NCBI RefSeq assembly: GCF_009914755.1
Contig: NC_060933.1
DNA length: 64,000 nucleotides
DNA from: the human T2T-CHM13v2.0 reference genome, Homo sapiens
Reading direction: 5' to 3' (one strand)
Shown: in pieces, positions 14,158 through 30,252 of the stretch
How positions within the stretch are numbered: position 1 is the first letter of the stretch
Layout: the number at the start of each line of letters is the position of its first letter
The notes under the pieces: generated by a model
Database searches by the model: none
Told to the model about the DNA's origin: nothing
The model's input: the letters and a program-made list of their open reading frames with translations, nothing else
Translations under genes and position numbers: made by a program

Positions 14158-15209
14158 TCTTTCTACTCCACCTGACTTGTATTGGTAGAGAGTATATTAG
14201 CTCATATTATTCTCAATGTACTGCTTACTTGGTTTTAATTTTTTTTTTTTAATTTGCTAGAGACTTGTCTATCCATCAAGATTCAAATCACTCTAAAGAA
14301 ACCAACCCTTCTGGCTCAACTGTTTTGCACTTTATGGTTCCTGACACTCAGACAGACAGATGTTTCCAAGACACGTGAGAGAACAGGAGGTCTTTACCTT
14401 TGCCAAGACTGATTATTTCCATAGCACTCACTGACTTTTGTCAGTGTAAAGTCTCTGGGATAAAGTGTCAAGAAATACAAGCTACCCACTTTGAAAACAG
14501 TGCAGTCTCTCCTCAAGGTCAAGTCTCAGTAAATTGTGCTTGGTGGCCTTCATTTGACAGCAAGAGACCCCTTTTTCCGGTGGTGGTGATCTATTCCCAG
14601 TGACCACCATAATTACCTCCATAAGGTGCACATAAGATGCAACTCCCCAAACTCCAAATTCGAGAAGCACCTTCCAAAGCATTCTCTCCTGACTTCTGTA
14701 TTTCTAATAAGCACCTCTCGGTTTCAGGATCACAGGCTTACAGATGACTGATGGAACTCATACCCAAATGCAGTTAATCTGAAGAGCCCTGGAAGAGCAG
14801 GGGCAATTTAATCTCTGCAGCAATGCTTTGAAACCCAGTGACAACTGTAATGGCTTTAATACCAAATGACAATCTCCTTTCAAGAGCTTTATGAATATTA
14901 ATGTAGTGATCACAGAGCAATATTTAAAAACAAAGAGTATGTCTTCATTTTCAACTGGAACATCTCTGAATTATAAAAGGCCCACTTTCGCCTCATTTTC
15001 ACAGGTTATTTTCACAGGTGCATTTCAATAAGGTAGGCTGGACATTGCTTTTACTTTTGGGGTGGGAGGTCACAAAATGACCTCCGTATGCCTTAACTGA
15101 CAAAAGTGAAACTCATGCTGTCAATCTGTCAATTTTTAAATAAATCTAGTAAATAACTACCCAATACATGCTCAGAAGGGGCCAGAATTTTGGGGAGTAA
15201 AGAAGTAGG

Positions 15210-15511
15210 AGACATCACTTCACACCCATTAGGATGGCTATTATCTAAAAATCAGAAAATAGCAAGTGTTGGCAAGGCTGTGGAGAAATTGGCACCCTTC
15301 CTGCATTGCTGGCAGGAAAGTAAAATGATGCAGCCACTTGGAAGACTGTATGGCTGTTTCTCAGAAAAAGTCAACACAGAATTACCATGTGATCCAGTAA
15401 TTCCAGCATGTACCCAAAAGAGTTGACAGCAGGGACTCAAGCAGATACTTGTATATCAGTGCTCTTAGCAGCATTATTCACAACAGTCAAAAAGTAGAAA
15501 CGACCCAAATG
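15210..15511 (+). mobile_element. L1MB-type fragment (end of ORF2 region)
   Basis: 'cacttcacacccattaggatggcta...caagtgttggcaaggctgtggagaaattgg...gcagcattattcacaacagtcaaaaagtagaaac'. Confidence 0.88.
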
Positions 15512-16009
15512 GGAAAAGCTCATTTTGAATGATAGTACAGTAATCCTTTCGAGGTGTGTGAATTATTTCTAATGTGAATTTAGTGAAAAAGAGGCAGCAC
15601 AATATGTAAGAAGAGAAGGCACATCTTTCTTTGTTGCTCCTCATATAAGCAAGGGCATAAAGCTAAGAGAAGAAAATGTTCTAAAATACTTTTTCTAGTC
15701 CTGAAGTAAGAGGCAGAAAACAAGACAGATTATTCACCTGCAAAAACCTCCAAACATCTAAAATGTGAAGTGCTGTCAGGTAGAGTCCTGCACTCATTTG
15801 TTATCTGGGATGCCACCTTTCCAAGGACCCTCCTGTTAGCCAGGTGCCTGTCCGAGCCCAAAAGCCTTGGTGTAGGTGCGGACCCCAGCCTCCACATGCC
15901 ACAGCCAGTGCTGTGCCTCAGCAAAACTGTGATGGACCTGAGATTTACATACACGGCTGGTGAGAGGCCTTAGGCAGTCCTTAAATGCCAGCAGTCTCCA
16001 GCGAGCCCA

Positions 16010-17610
16010 TCAGCTCCTATGACCTTAATCATCTACGCACCAGTGCTCCCGACTGTGTCCCTGCATCACACCTCTCCATGGAACTTCATACCCCAATAGG
16101 CAGCTGCCTACTGGCAGTCCCACACTGCCCACAAATGAGTTCATAATCTTCTACTCCCATCGCATTTCTCTTCCACATTATATTATTTATCCCAAGAAAT
16201 CCCATTTCCACCATTTCAAAAGCAGTGCCATGGCAGCTGTCAATGGTTCATCCTCCCCTCTTATTCTCCGCGTCCAGTCAATTGTCCAGTCCTGTGGCTC
16301 TACATCCTCCATGTCATGCAATCCACCACTCCCCTCCATGTCCACAATGTCCACTTTCAGCTAGGCCTTGGCATGAGTCCTTACCGTTCTCCTCCCCTGT
16401 CTTTGCTTTTTTCTCAGAATATTCTGCACTCTGCAGCCAGAGTGATCTTTCTAAAATGCAAATGGAATCACGTCCCTCCTCTGTTTAGAACGCTTTGATG
16501 GCGTCTACGGCTCTCAGAGTGAGGAGCAAGCCCTGACCGTGGCCTCAAGGCCTGCCTGCTCAGGCCCCACCGACCAACCCAGTTTCATCTCTTACCACGT
16601 TCCCACCCCTATTCCCAGCTTCAGAACTCCCTGCCCTGCTCCTGCACACATGCAGGGCCCTTGCCTGGCCAGCCTCCGCTCATTCTCCAGAACTCAGCCA
16701 AAAAATCTAGAAATCCTTTCCTCAAAGATCCTTCCCTTGACTCTCCCAAACTGAGGTAGGTCTCCGTGCTGCATATCCCCATAGCAACATACACTCCTGT
16801 TTTATAGCACAGATTAGGGACATCATCAACAACATTCTCATGTGGAGGATTGCCTCCCATGCCCTGGTCTGGGGTCCCTTTGTCCTGGGTCTGCAGCCCT
16901 TCACCACGCTGACCATCATGACATTAACCCAGGGTGCTGTAGGTGTCTATTTGTAGGTGGGTTTCTACACCTGATTGCAAGTTTCTTGAAGGCATGTACT
17001 GGGTCTTTTATCTGCCACTCCCTGGTATCTGGCATGGGGCCTAGTGCTTATTGGTGCTTGGTAAATGCTGTTTGAATAAAAGATGATGAAAATGCTCTGA
17101 TAGTGACTCTTACAAATATAAATCTGATCATGTCACTTTTCTGCTCAATGATTTCGCATCTCAGAATGAAATTCAAAGTCCTTTTCATGGCCAGTCAAGC
17201 TTTGCATGATTTGGCTCCTGGCTTCCTGTCTGATCTGCTCTCCTAAAACTCTCCTTTCTCAAGCACTCCAAGCTCATTCTCTCCTCAGAGCCTTTGCACC
17301 TGCGGCCCTCTCCACATGAACCCACTGTCCCCGAGGCGTCTTCAATGCTGGCTCCCCAGCTACATGCAGGCCTTTCCTCAGCTGTCCCCTACCTGCCCCA
17401 CCCCACCCACCATCACACACAACTCCCCTGCTTGGCTTTATATTTCTTCAGTTATTATCTGGCATTATACACTTGCTGTTTGGTCACAGTCGGCCTCACC
17501 CTACTTGTGTGTCAGGGCTGTGAGGGCTGAAACTCTGTTCATGTTATTTCTTCCTGTATCCCAACTGGCACCAATTAGATGTGCAACAAATATTTCTTGA
17601 ATGAATGGAG
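16010..17610 (+). mobile_element. Cluster of L2 fragments
   Basis: 'gcagccagagtgatctttctaaaatgcaaatggaatcacgtccctcc', 'aatctgatcatgtcactttt', and L2 3' ends 'aaatgctgtttgaataaa' and 'aaatatttcttgaatgaatg'. Confidence 0.75.
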
Positions 17611-17993
17611 AAATACTCAAAACTGAATGGTCTATACACTTCAGTACTGTTTGAATTTTTTTTTACAATGATCACTTATTATAACAAAAACCTGTAGATT
17701 CTAGTATAGCATTATATATTCATTCAACAAGTATTTGTTGAATTCCGTAGAGCACAGAGAAGCGATCAATCATTTCCACACAGAAGAAACAATGCTAGAG
17801 CGAGCTCCTGAAAGATGGGCAGACACCTGCCAGAGAGAGAAGGGTGATTCCCACAGAGAAAACTGCACCCACAAAGGGGATGGCCAAGGATGGGAGAGGT
17901 TCTTCAAATGCTAAGGAAATTCCTGCCGCCCCCACCGCCATGCAACACAGAGTCATTCATGTAACTGGAATTCTTTTTTTTCCTTTCTGTGAA

Positions 17994-18232
17994 TTTTTTT
18001 ATTTTTTTATTTATTATTATTTTGTATTATACTTTAAGTTCTAGGGTACATGTCCACAACGTGCAGGTTTGTTACATATGTATACATGTGCCATGTTGGT
18101 GTGCTGCACCCATTAACTCGTCATTTACATTAGGTATATCTCCTAATGCAATCCCTCCCCCCTCCACAACCCCACAACAGGCCCCGGTGTGTGATGTCCC
18201 CCTTCCTGTGTCCAAATGTTCTCATTGTTCAA
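17994..18232 (-). mobile_element. L1PA5-like 3' end fragment
   Basis: 'tattatactttaagttctagggtacatg...ccatgttggtgtgctgcacccattaactcgtcatttacattagg...ctcattgttcaa'. Confidence 0.92.
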
Positions 18233-19279
18233 CTTCAAGTTTTCTACATTTCTCATTAACTTTGAATCCCAGGTCTGGGCCTCACGCTCTCATGTCAGTC
18301 TGACTAATGCAGGGTTTCCAGCAGAGCTCAGGCCTGTCAGGAGGAGGTGCAGGCCTTCTTCAAATGGCACTGGGGTCCGGGACATCCTGTGGGGGACTCC
18401 CCTCCCCTCAGCACCCACCCTCCACCTTGAGCATCTCTGCCTCCAAGCTCGTTCCCCAGGGGTGTAGGAGAGTGCTGCCTCCCACAGGTATGATGAGGTG
18501 GGAGAAATGATGAAAACTCTTGGGCTTGTGTTGAGAATCCCAGGAATGTTCCAGACTTCATCCCCAGAAAACTCCCATCACCACTCCCAAAAAGTAGAGT
18601 CACACCTTTTGCCAAAAATGCTTAACAAACACAGTAAGTATGAGAAATGACATAGGATAAGGTCAGTCTACACTTCCTTGCAGTATGGACTACTAAACTG
18701 CCTGGGTAGGAGACACAGGAACGTTTTCCACGTAGAGAAGAGCAACAGAAAGCCACAAGGGCTTCCTGAGGATGTCCCCCATGCCCTATGTAGAATTTCT
18801 CATTTCTCAAAGCTCCTAACCAGAGTTGGCCTGTGATCACACTTCAACAAACACAGCAAGGGTTGGGGGCACTTCATGAAAGATCCAGAGCTTTCTCTTC
18901 ACTTTAGGATGCATCATTCTCTCCTTTGAAAATTTAAATTTGAGAAGAAATAACCTAGCCAGGCATTCTACATTTTATGACTTAATCTGTTATTCAAAAT
19001 AGAAGAGAACTAATTACATCTTCCATTTAATTACTACAAAAATACAGCCAGAATGCATGCATTATATCACATTTACGCCACCATGAAGAGAACCAACCTT
19101 CCCCCAGGCTTTGGTTGCCTCTACTGGAACTTTAAGTATTTCCGTGCTTCTTCCAGCTCCTCTCATTTTCAACCAGCAATGGAAGAGATCATATAAAAAG
19201 TGTGAAACTCATTCATATAAATCATTTATGATGTGGTCATCTGAGGGTCTTGATAAGCAAATCCACATGTTCAATGGAA

Positions 19280-19490
19280 GGTAACACAGCACAGTGGTCA
19301 AGAAAGGGAACTGCCATTTAACAACTGTGTGTACCCAGTGTTCTACGCCTGGGTCCTCATGTCTCAAACTGTGACATTAATGGTATCTACATGGTAGAAT
19401 TATTGCAAAGAATAAGAGAAATGATGTGGGGAAAAAGTTTAGGATAGTGACTGGCATGAGAAAGTACTCAAAAACAGTGGCTCTATTACT
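19280..19490 (+). mobile_element. MIR fragment
   Basis: 'agcacagtggtcaag...ctgccatttaacaactgtgtg...tatctacatggtagaattattgcaaagaataagagaaatgatg'. Confidence 0.55.
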
Positions 19491-19959
19491 TCCAGCTAAG
19501 CTTTTTAGAGGTATACGTGAGCCAGGATATAAAAACTGGACTTTCCACAAGAGCTGAGTCTTTGCAAGCTGCTAGGTCCCCAAAGTCTGGCAGCAGAAAA
19601 GGATGCTCAAAGCAAAAAGAGGTGAAATGTGAAAGAATGAATATTGAACAATTCCTTGTTGCAAGGCTCACTTAGCTATGGAACAGGCATCCGCTAGGGT
19701 TTCCGTTTGACCTCCTGTGGTGCTTCTTCCCTGAAAAGGAAAGTTAACTTGGTCACCTTCCTAGGGAGGCTGCATTTTTCATTCAGGTGTGGTTTTTCAC
19801 ACACCAACACACACACCCCACCCCACATCACATCCCTGAACTGAAAAAGTCTTCTAAAAGAAGTGATTTTCACGTAAGTGAAAGCCAAACAGAATTTGCC
19901 AAAGCTATTTGAGAGAGTGTGTGAGAATGTCTTGTATGTATTTATTTCCATACATTCTA

Positions 19960-20031
19960 GTGTACAGGAGGGCTATTTTGCCTCTCCCCTGCACCCTTCC
20001 CTTGATATATGGAGACATTTTTGGTTGTCAC

Positions 20032-20079
<48 letters not shown>

Positions 20080-20188
20080 GGCATCTAGTGAGTAGAAGCC
20101 AGGAATGCTACTAAACATTCTACAATGTCCCACACACAAAGAATTGTCCAGCCCCAAATGCCAATGGTGCCGAGACTGAGAAACCCTC
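19960..20188. mobile_element. MER20 (hAT-Charlie) with an internal (TG)n repeat
   Basis: 'ggagacatttttggttgtcac...tactggcatctagtgagtagaagccaggaatgctactaaacattctacaatg...ccaaatgccaatggtgccgagactgagaaaccct'. Confidence 0.88.
20039..20074. repeat. (TG)18 microsatellite
   Basis: Perfect dinucleotide run. Confidence 0.97.
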
Positions 20189-21979
20189 AAAAAAATATCT
20201 ACTTCTCTTATGCATATGGTTGAAGGTGACTGAGGCAACGTTACACATTTCTACTAACATGAAGAAACAGAAAACTTTGTCTGCAAGACTTAACATTCTT
20301 CTTGTGAAATAAACTCTGTTATAGGGGTGAATGCCAGGCTTAAAATGGAAAAAAATTTCTTGCCTTCTTCTGCAATAATACTGATTCAAAAATGGCCCAA
20401 AACCTTGCTAGAGTTTTTTTTTTCCTGCCTAGGCAGATATGAACAGCCTGAATTAAGCTCCACAAATAATTAAATCAAATTGCCAGGCATGTAATCTTCA
20501 TTGTGGGTGAGTAACATTGTAAATTCTTGTTCCCATGCCAGGTAGGTCAGAATCGAGGCAGAGATTTTAAATGCATTCCAAGACAGAGAATCAGAGAATA
20601 TTAATCAGGGATCTAAGAAGCTTGAGAAGGCACTTAACTCATTGCTTCTCCTTCTAGCAAAAGAGAGGTGGTGCAGGAGTCATCTGGAGCAATGAGAACT
20701 TGCCCAGAGTTTAGGACCTAAAGGCTACTGAACACATTTTAATAACAGTCACTTGCTTTATGCGATGGAAGTATTCACTTTAATATAAAGTGTACTGAGT
20801 GCCGACTCTGTGCCAGGCAGTGATGACATGCATGAGAGTGAGACACAACCTCCAGTGGCTGAGGATGGAGACATGTGCAAGAAAAGAATGACAGTGTGAT
20901 TGCAGAGGCCAGCTGCCCAGTGTTCAAAGATTCCCAGAGAAAATACAAAGAAGTCACAATCTGGGGGAGTTAAGGATCTATTTGGATCCTCATGATCATA
21001 TAGGATCATATTTGAGACAGCTGGTAATACTGTAATATATCCTTTCTCTTGAATTCAAAGTGACTCTCCCAAAATAGTTTGATCCTCTTTAAGCATCTCT
21101 TTTTCTGATATTTAGAGATTTATAAACAGATATAACATGATAGAATGATCCTCTGAAAAGGGACTAAGTAAATTATTTTGTACTAGGAAAAAACCTACCT
21201 TCTAATCAGTTTGCAGCTTTTTCAAGGAACTTTTGGAGACACTTTGAGAGAATAGCCCCCTTTGTCTTTTTTTTGTTACCTCTCACCCAACAAACACATT
21301 ATATCTTCACTGTTATGGGCTAGATTGTGTATCTCTCTCCCCATATAACATGGTAAGTGCCATATACAAACATGAACAGGCTATAAATTAAATAACATTT
21401 CATCCCCACGGCGATTGATTACCAAAGCCTATGATTAGAACTTCCATTTTCCCTCTTGGTTTGTTTGTGACTATGTTCTGAAGAAAGAAATTCAAGTTAA
21501 TAAATCAACAAGAACAACGTCAGCCTAATAAGACAAGTCTATTCCGGTTTTTATCACTTCTTACATTGACAAAGTAATTCTCCCACTCTCAGATAGGCGT
21601 GGATGGTGGATTCTAATCCCAGCTCTCCTTTCCTTCTCTCCAACGTGCATGTTTTCCAAACCCAAGCCTAGGGTGGGATGTCAAGCAGAAACACAACTTT
21701 TATTATCAACTGCTCACACTGTACACTGCACAATGAAGGAAAAAATGTTACCTGTTGAATGAATGCATGACAAGGGTTGAAAATCTTTAAAAAACTAAAT
21801 TATAAAAATAACCACATTAGAGAAAAGGAGAAATTGCCCATAACCTCAGCATTAGTCATCTGTTTCCTGTGCCAGTTCTACACCGCTGTATCATAAAAGT
21901 CTATCCAGTATTTTTGATCCTGGCCTTTTTATCCATTTAAATAATTATTTACTCTATAAAAATAGCCATTAAAATGTAT

Positions 21980-22230
21980 GTTTTCTGAGAACATTTAATA
22001 TGCATAGGGAAATGCTTTCAATATAATGTTAAATAACAAATACTAAGTACAAAACTAAATAATATATGACTCTAATTTTTGAGTGTGTATATATTTGCAC
22101 ACACACACACATACATACACATAGATGGAAAGATATATACCAAAATATTAACAGTGGTTTCGGATGGTAGGATTACTTTTTAAATTATTACTTTTCTGAA
22201 TTTTTTGACATTTCTATAACAAATATTTAT
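21980..22230 (+). mobile_element. Old L1 (L1MC/ME) 3' end fragment
   Basis: 'gggaaatgctttcaatataatgttaaat...tggaaagatatataccaaaatattaacagtggttt'. Confidence 0.6.
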
Positions 22231-22659
22231 CATTAGACAATGGAAAAAGTTCTAAATATCATATTAAATTTTTTTCTGTTTCTAGTGTTGATAACTATTA
22301 TTTTAATGCTCATACAATATTCCATTAAATGGACATCACTTTTTAACTTAATTCTCTCTTGCAAGGAAATGTAGGCCATTTCCCATTTTGGGCTATTATA
22401 ACTCATGCTTTGAACTTCTCCCTGTCTCCACATCCTAACTGCTTTATGTGGAAAACGAGGCTGTCATTGATTTGACCTCTGCCGACTGCTGCAATCTCAG
22501 GGCAGAGCTAAGGGCACAGGCATAGGAGTGGGATGTTCTGATCAGAATCCTGCTTTACCACTGCTTCAATGCACAATCATGAAATAAAACACAACAGTGG
22601 ATAACGAGCTCCTGCACATTGAGGGCAGTCCAAGATAGTGCTGCTAGTGTTATTATCTC

Positions 22660-22992
22660 TTTTTAAAATTTGATTTATTTTTTAAATTCTAGGGTACATG
22701 TATAGGATGTGCAGGTTTGTTACATAGGTAAACGTGTGCCATGGTGGTTTACTGCACCTATCAACCCATCACCTAGGTATTAAGCCCAGAATGCATTAGC
22801 TATTTTTCCTGATGCTCTCCCAACGTGTGCCGTCCCCCCTGACAGGCCCCAGTGTGTGTTTTCCCCTCCGTGTGTCCATGTGTTCTCATTGTTCAGCTCC
22901 CACTTCTAAGTGAAAACATGCAGTGTTTGGTTTTCTGTTCCTGCGTTAGTTTGCTGAGGATAATGGCTTCCAGCTGCATCCATGCCCCTGCA
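22660..22992 (-). mobile_element. L1PA8-10-type 3' end fragment
   Basis: 'ggatgtgcaggtttgttacataggtaaacgtgtgccatggtggttt...tagtttgctgaggataatggcttccagctgcatccatg'. Confidence 0.9.
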
Positions 22993-23582
22993 TCTCCCTC
23001 ACTCCTACTCCTTCCCCAGTCACCTGAAGCTCCAGTCAGAAGGAATTATTTGAAGCTGACCAAATACTAGCCCCTGCAGCTATCACTGCCTTCATGTGTA
23101 TTGTTCCCTTTCTAGAAACCCCCTCTCACTTCATCTCTACTGTGGCCAACTCACGCCCACCCAGTTCAAGTACCTATCCTCTTGTGATCTTTCTAGACCT
23201 CTTGTCTGGGCTAGGTGCCTGTCTTTGGGAGTCCTGGAGCCCCCAGTACACACCTCCATCTGAGCATTTGCCACATTTTGTTTGCCTGTTTATTTCCCTC
23301 TCTCTTCCACTAAACTGAAAACTCCTCCACATGAGAGCTGTGATCTCCATCCTGAATGCTTATTTACCACAGGGTTTCATAAACAGTAGATACTAAGCTG
23401 TTGGGTGCCTGGATGGCTTTTTGCCATGTTACTCATCTTCAAAAAATATGACTTTTGGTGGTTGCATAATATTTCACTGTTATAGGTTTTATGATTTAAC
23501 TATTTTCTTTCCTATGCAGTCCCTTGTTTTGGGGTGGGGAGAGGTATTTATAGAGACCATCCCAGTACATAAATCTTTTTTA

Positions 23583-24087
<505 letters not shown>

Positions 24088-24567
24088 TTACAGAATACAA
24101 TTCACAAAATTGTTGACTTTGAACATCTTAAGATTTTGATTTTACATTGCCAAAGTGTAGGGTGTGATATCTTTAGATTCTAGTCCCAGTCTTTTGTATT
24201 TACTGCTGCGGTACTCTAAATGAACCCACTAAATAGCTAGTATTCATGTCTTCCCCTGCAAAACGGTATTCTTGCGAAGAGCTTCAGCAGTTTCTGACAA
24301 TTTCCAAGCTGCAGCGCCTGGGTCCCTGGTGATGCACACATATTACTCTTGGAGGGGCCTCTGCTGGGGTCCTGTGGAAAAGGAAGACTCAGCTCCATTT
24401 CCTTGGCATTCTGCCTGCAGAGGCCAGACAGCTGGCTGTGAAATGGGAGTTCCTGAAACTCAGCATGATGACTTAGAAACAGCACTTTGATATCATTACA
24501 TTCCTGTTCAGTGATATTTCCTCTCCTTTAACCCCAGTTATGACACCTTCTTTGAAACTTTGCCTTA

Positions 24568-24632
24568 TTAGGTAATACGAAATTGGTGATACACAAACAT
24601 TTTTGTCCTACAAAAATAGTAATTTATTTATG
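24568..24632. mobile_element. MADE2-like mariner MITE remnant
   Basis: 'ttaggt...gaaattgg...catttttgtcctacaaaaatagtaattt' resembles the recalled MADE2 palindrome. Confidence 0.45.
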
Positions 24633-24744
24633 TTTGTATATGTGTGTGTACTTATATACATATTTATGTATCTTCAGATAAATGTCTAATTAATAAAACA
24701 AGTCCCCTAGATATATTTAAGACAGACAGGAAACTTTTACATGA

Positions 24745-24892
24745 AGATGGTGAACTTCAAAACATGGTGCATCCCCCTGGCCTTGCATAGGAATCACCTG
24801 GGTCCATACCGCCCTGACGAGCAGGCACAGGGATCTGTATTTTGAAAAAGTTCCCAGAATAGTTCTGAGCATGCCCAAGTTTGTGAACTATT
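24745..24892. mobile_element. MER5-type hAT-Charlie remnant
   Basis: 'gcataggaatcacctggg...atctgtattttgaaaaagttccc...caagtttgtgaacta'. Confidence 0.6.
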
Positions 24893-25505
24893 ACGACAGA
24901 GCCTCATTTTGTCCTATCTCTAATGCAGTGATTGCTTCTCCAACCAGTTTCCCCTCCTTCTGTGGACCTTTCTTCGCAAACAACTTTACTTGCTTCACTC
25001 CAGGCTGAAAATTTTGGTCAGCAGAATAGACTTGGATTAATAAATTCACATTAAAAAAAATCCTCTCTATATATGCATAGCCTGCCCCATAAAGCAAATG
25101 AATGTACTGATCTCTTTTTGGAACTCTGGAGAAAGAGATCCTGTGAGGTTTCTAGGGAACAAATGTTTAAACAGCATAAGGGTCCTCCTAATTTTTTGTA
25201 GTTGGTGTGCTGGTTTTGCTCTTATTTTAGGTAATATAAAAAGCATTCACAAAAACTTTACAAGTAGTTTTTTGAAACATGGATCCATTTATTTTCTTTC
25301 ATAGAAAGTGAAAAAGCAGCAAAACAAGCAAAAATACTGCTTCGTGATAAATAATAAGCCAAAAAGACTATTTGCAATATTATGGATAGTGGTCACCTCT
25401 GGAGACAGGAGGGAAGCCAAGTCAGGGTAGAGCAGCACAGGGAGACTATGAAATGCCCACGGTCTATTCATTACTCTGAGTGTCCAGTGTATAGAACTTT
25501 ACACA

Positions 25506-27448
<1,943 letters not shown>

Positions 27449-27559
27449 TTATGCATTATTTGTGTGATAAAATTTACTATAAAATATAAAATATTGTTTA
27501 ATTATTAAAAATAATTTTCAAATTTTTTTATTTTTGGAGGGATGATAAAAATCTTTTAA

Positions 27560-27828
27560 TTTTTATTTTTTGATTTCACTTTCTAAAAATTGACAATAGT
27601 TGCACATATCTATGGGGTACATGGTGATGTTTTGATATGTATAAAGTATAGTGATCAGATCAGGGTAATTAGCATATCCATCATCTCAAACATTTATCAT
27701 TTCTTTGTGTTGGGAAAACAGAATATCCTCCTTCTAGCTATTGGAAACTATATATTATTGTTAACTATGGTCATCCTACAATGGTATAGAAGACTAGAAT
27801 TTACTCTTCCCTATCTAGCTGTAATTTG
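27560..27828 (-). mobile_element. L1MA-type 3' end fragment
   Basis: 'tatggggtacatggtgatgttttgatatgtata...gatcagatcagggtaattagcatatccatcatctcaaacatttatcatttctttgtgttggg'. Confidence 0.88.
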
Positions 27829-28591
27829 TGAATAATTTTATTGAGTAAATAATCAACTCGGTCTATGTGAAGAAAATATTGAGTCATCATGAGTAGACAG
27901 GGTGCATAGACATGGCAACAGCTGTGATGGTGACATGAGACTGAGGGAAAACTAGGAAGCTCTGGACTGGACCAGCCCCACATTATGGGAAACCCAGGTG
28001 GTTTTCTGATTTTCCATTGGCGACCCACTCCAGTACACCAGCACACAAGGGGAACAGTTTCCCTCAAGACCACCATTGAATAGATGGCCAAGAGAGAAAG
28101 CTTTGGAAAGGAGACTGGAGGGTTTACAATTTAGGACCATCTGAACAAGGCAAGTAAAGAGTTGTGGTGGGTCAGCTGTGAGTGAAGAAACCACAGGAGG
28201 GAAATGTTACTCAAATAAAATTACTTCAAAAGAAATGCAATCATCACTATAAAAATCTGGTATCACTTCATATAAATGGAATATGACAATGAAAAATAAA
28301 TACATATATTAGTATATAAAGAATGCTCATCCTTTAGCCACTTAAAATCATCTGGCTAACCAGTCTGAGAAAACCTTTTTTTAAGAGCTTCATATTTTAG
28401 ATGATAAAAACAAGGCCCAGAGAGGTGAAGGGACTTATCTAAGGTAGCACAGCTGGAATTCACCTGTCTGGACTTCACCACCACAATGCTCCCAGTGTGG
28501 CAGCAACCCAGGCAATCACCAGCACTGGCCCAACTGGAGAAAGCCTATCATCCCAAGGGACCCTGCAAACACTTTCTTCTGTACCTCTCAG

Positions 28592-28631
28592 CTCACCTAA
28601 AATGAAGGACCCTAGATTGGCTGTGTTGAAG
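28592..28631 (+). other. Candidate 40-nt internal exon of an unidentified transcript
   Basis: Pyrimidine tract and acceptor 'actttcttctgtacctctcag|' with a consensus donor 'aag|gtaagt'. Confidence 0.3.
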
Positions 28632-30119
28632 GTAAGTGTAAAAGGAGCCTAGAGGCAAATTAGAAAACATCGATCTTACTTTCTTCCTCTAAAGTGAGAA
28701 GTTAAATCAACCAAGCCAAATTAGGACATCCCAGCTGTAGTGGCAAGGGAGCCCTTGGCAAAGCCCAACACAGCATGAGAAGCAGACTCCAGGCCTTTTC
28801 TGTGCTCACTGGGAAGCCAGCCCTTTACACTGGAGCACGGATCCAACTGCTAAAGCTGCTTCTATGTCCCCACAGACCCTGCCTCTCCAAGCCACAGCAC
28901 AGCTGGCCACATGGTGGTTTTCTTTGTGAGCATGCGCTGATAGGTATGGGAAGGCCAGGGCATCTAGGGTCAAGATTTCAATCATCTTTTGAGGCTCAAC
29001 TTGCAGAACATCCTCTGCTGGGGGTTCTCTGGGTCTTCTCACCTTCACTCATTTCTCCTCTCTAAATACCACCCTGAATTTCTGGATAAAAGGGGCTTTG
29101 AGGTGGCAATCTGGTTGCCACTTAAAAACAATGTTTTACAGACTTTAAATTAAAAAATCACGGTTTCTCAAAACAATTTTATTCATACTTTACAAAGATT
29201 GAGAAATAAATGATCTATCTTTGGGAATGTCATTATGTAGAAGGGTGGCCAGGGAAGATGTGGCAGATTTTACAGGAGTGGGGAGCCCCCTCCCCTGGCC
29301 ACCAACTGGTGCCATCTCTGCTGTTCTCCTTCTAGTCTTAACAGTCTAGCTTAGCACACAAAATCTGTCTGCAACAATAGTATGTCTGCATTTTAACAAT
29401 TGCAATTTTATCACAACTTCACAAATTGTAGGGACAGTGACTCTGCCTTTGTGGACACCATTGTACCCAGCACCATGTTAGCATATATTAGGCACTGAAC
29501 TGTTGTTGAACAGATGGATAAGAAACCTTGGGTTGTCAAAAACTGCACTACAGGAAGCCATTCTTTTACTGAGTAAAAGAGGGTTAGTGAATGCAGTTCC
29601 AGCAACAACCAAGTTCTATTTCCTACAGAAATTTCAACGAGTTTTTTTTTTAAGATAAGTGAGTACAGCTTAAAACAAAAAACCCATACCTCACTGAGGC
29701 ACCTCTGCTTGTTAACATGTGACTCAATATGAAGGGTCTCCCCAACCTTTAACTCTCCTGCATGGAGCCAGCATCAGCACCCTATACTCTACATACTGCA
29801 GCCCCACTGTGGTCACAATGTGCACAGCCACATGAGGAATGCCCCTGGCCTGCACCGGGAGCAGCACTTTTCTTTTCCCCCTAAGAATGTTGCTAATCCC
29901 CGAGCAAGATGGGGTCATTGTCAACAGAGGCTACATAAAGGACATGTTCCTCAAGGTATTGGCTCTCATATATTCATTTGCTTTATGCGGACTTTAACTA
30001 TAGGAGGAATGTCTGTATTTTTCTGTTTCATTTTTTAACCAGTCCAATTCCTCATTTACAATGAAGGCAGGAGCTACATTTTATATTCATCTATGTGATA
30101 GTAAAATGATGCTGTTACC

Positions 30120-30252
30120 AGCCCCATTTTATTGCTGAGGACTTTGAGGTTATAAGAAATTATGTAATTTGGCCAAGGTCACACAGCTAGTAATGGAAGG
30201 GGCTGGGGAATCAAACCCAGGCAGTCTGGATTTTAAGCCAATGTTCTTAAGC
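30120..30252 (-). mobile_element. MIR
   Basis: 'cccattttattgctgaggactttgagg...ccaaggtcacacagctagtaatgg...tcaaacccaggcagtctgg'. Confidence 0.85.
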
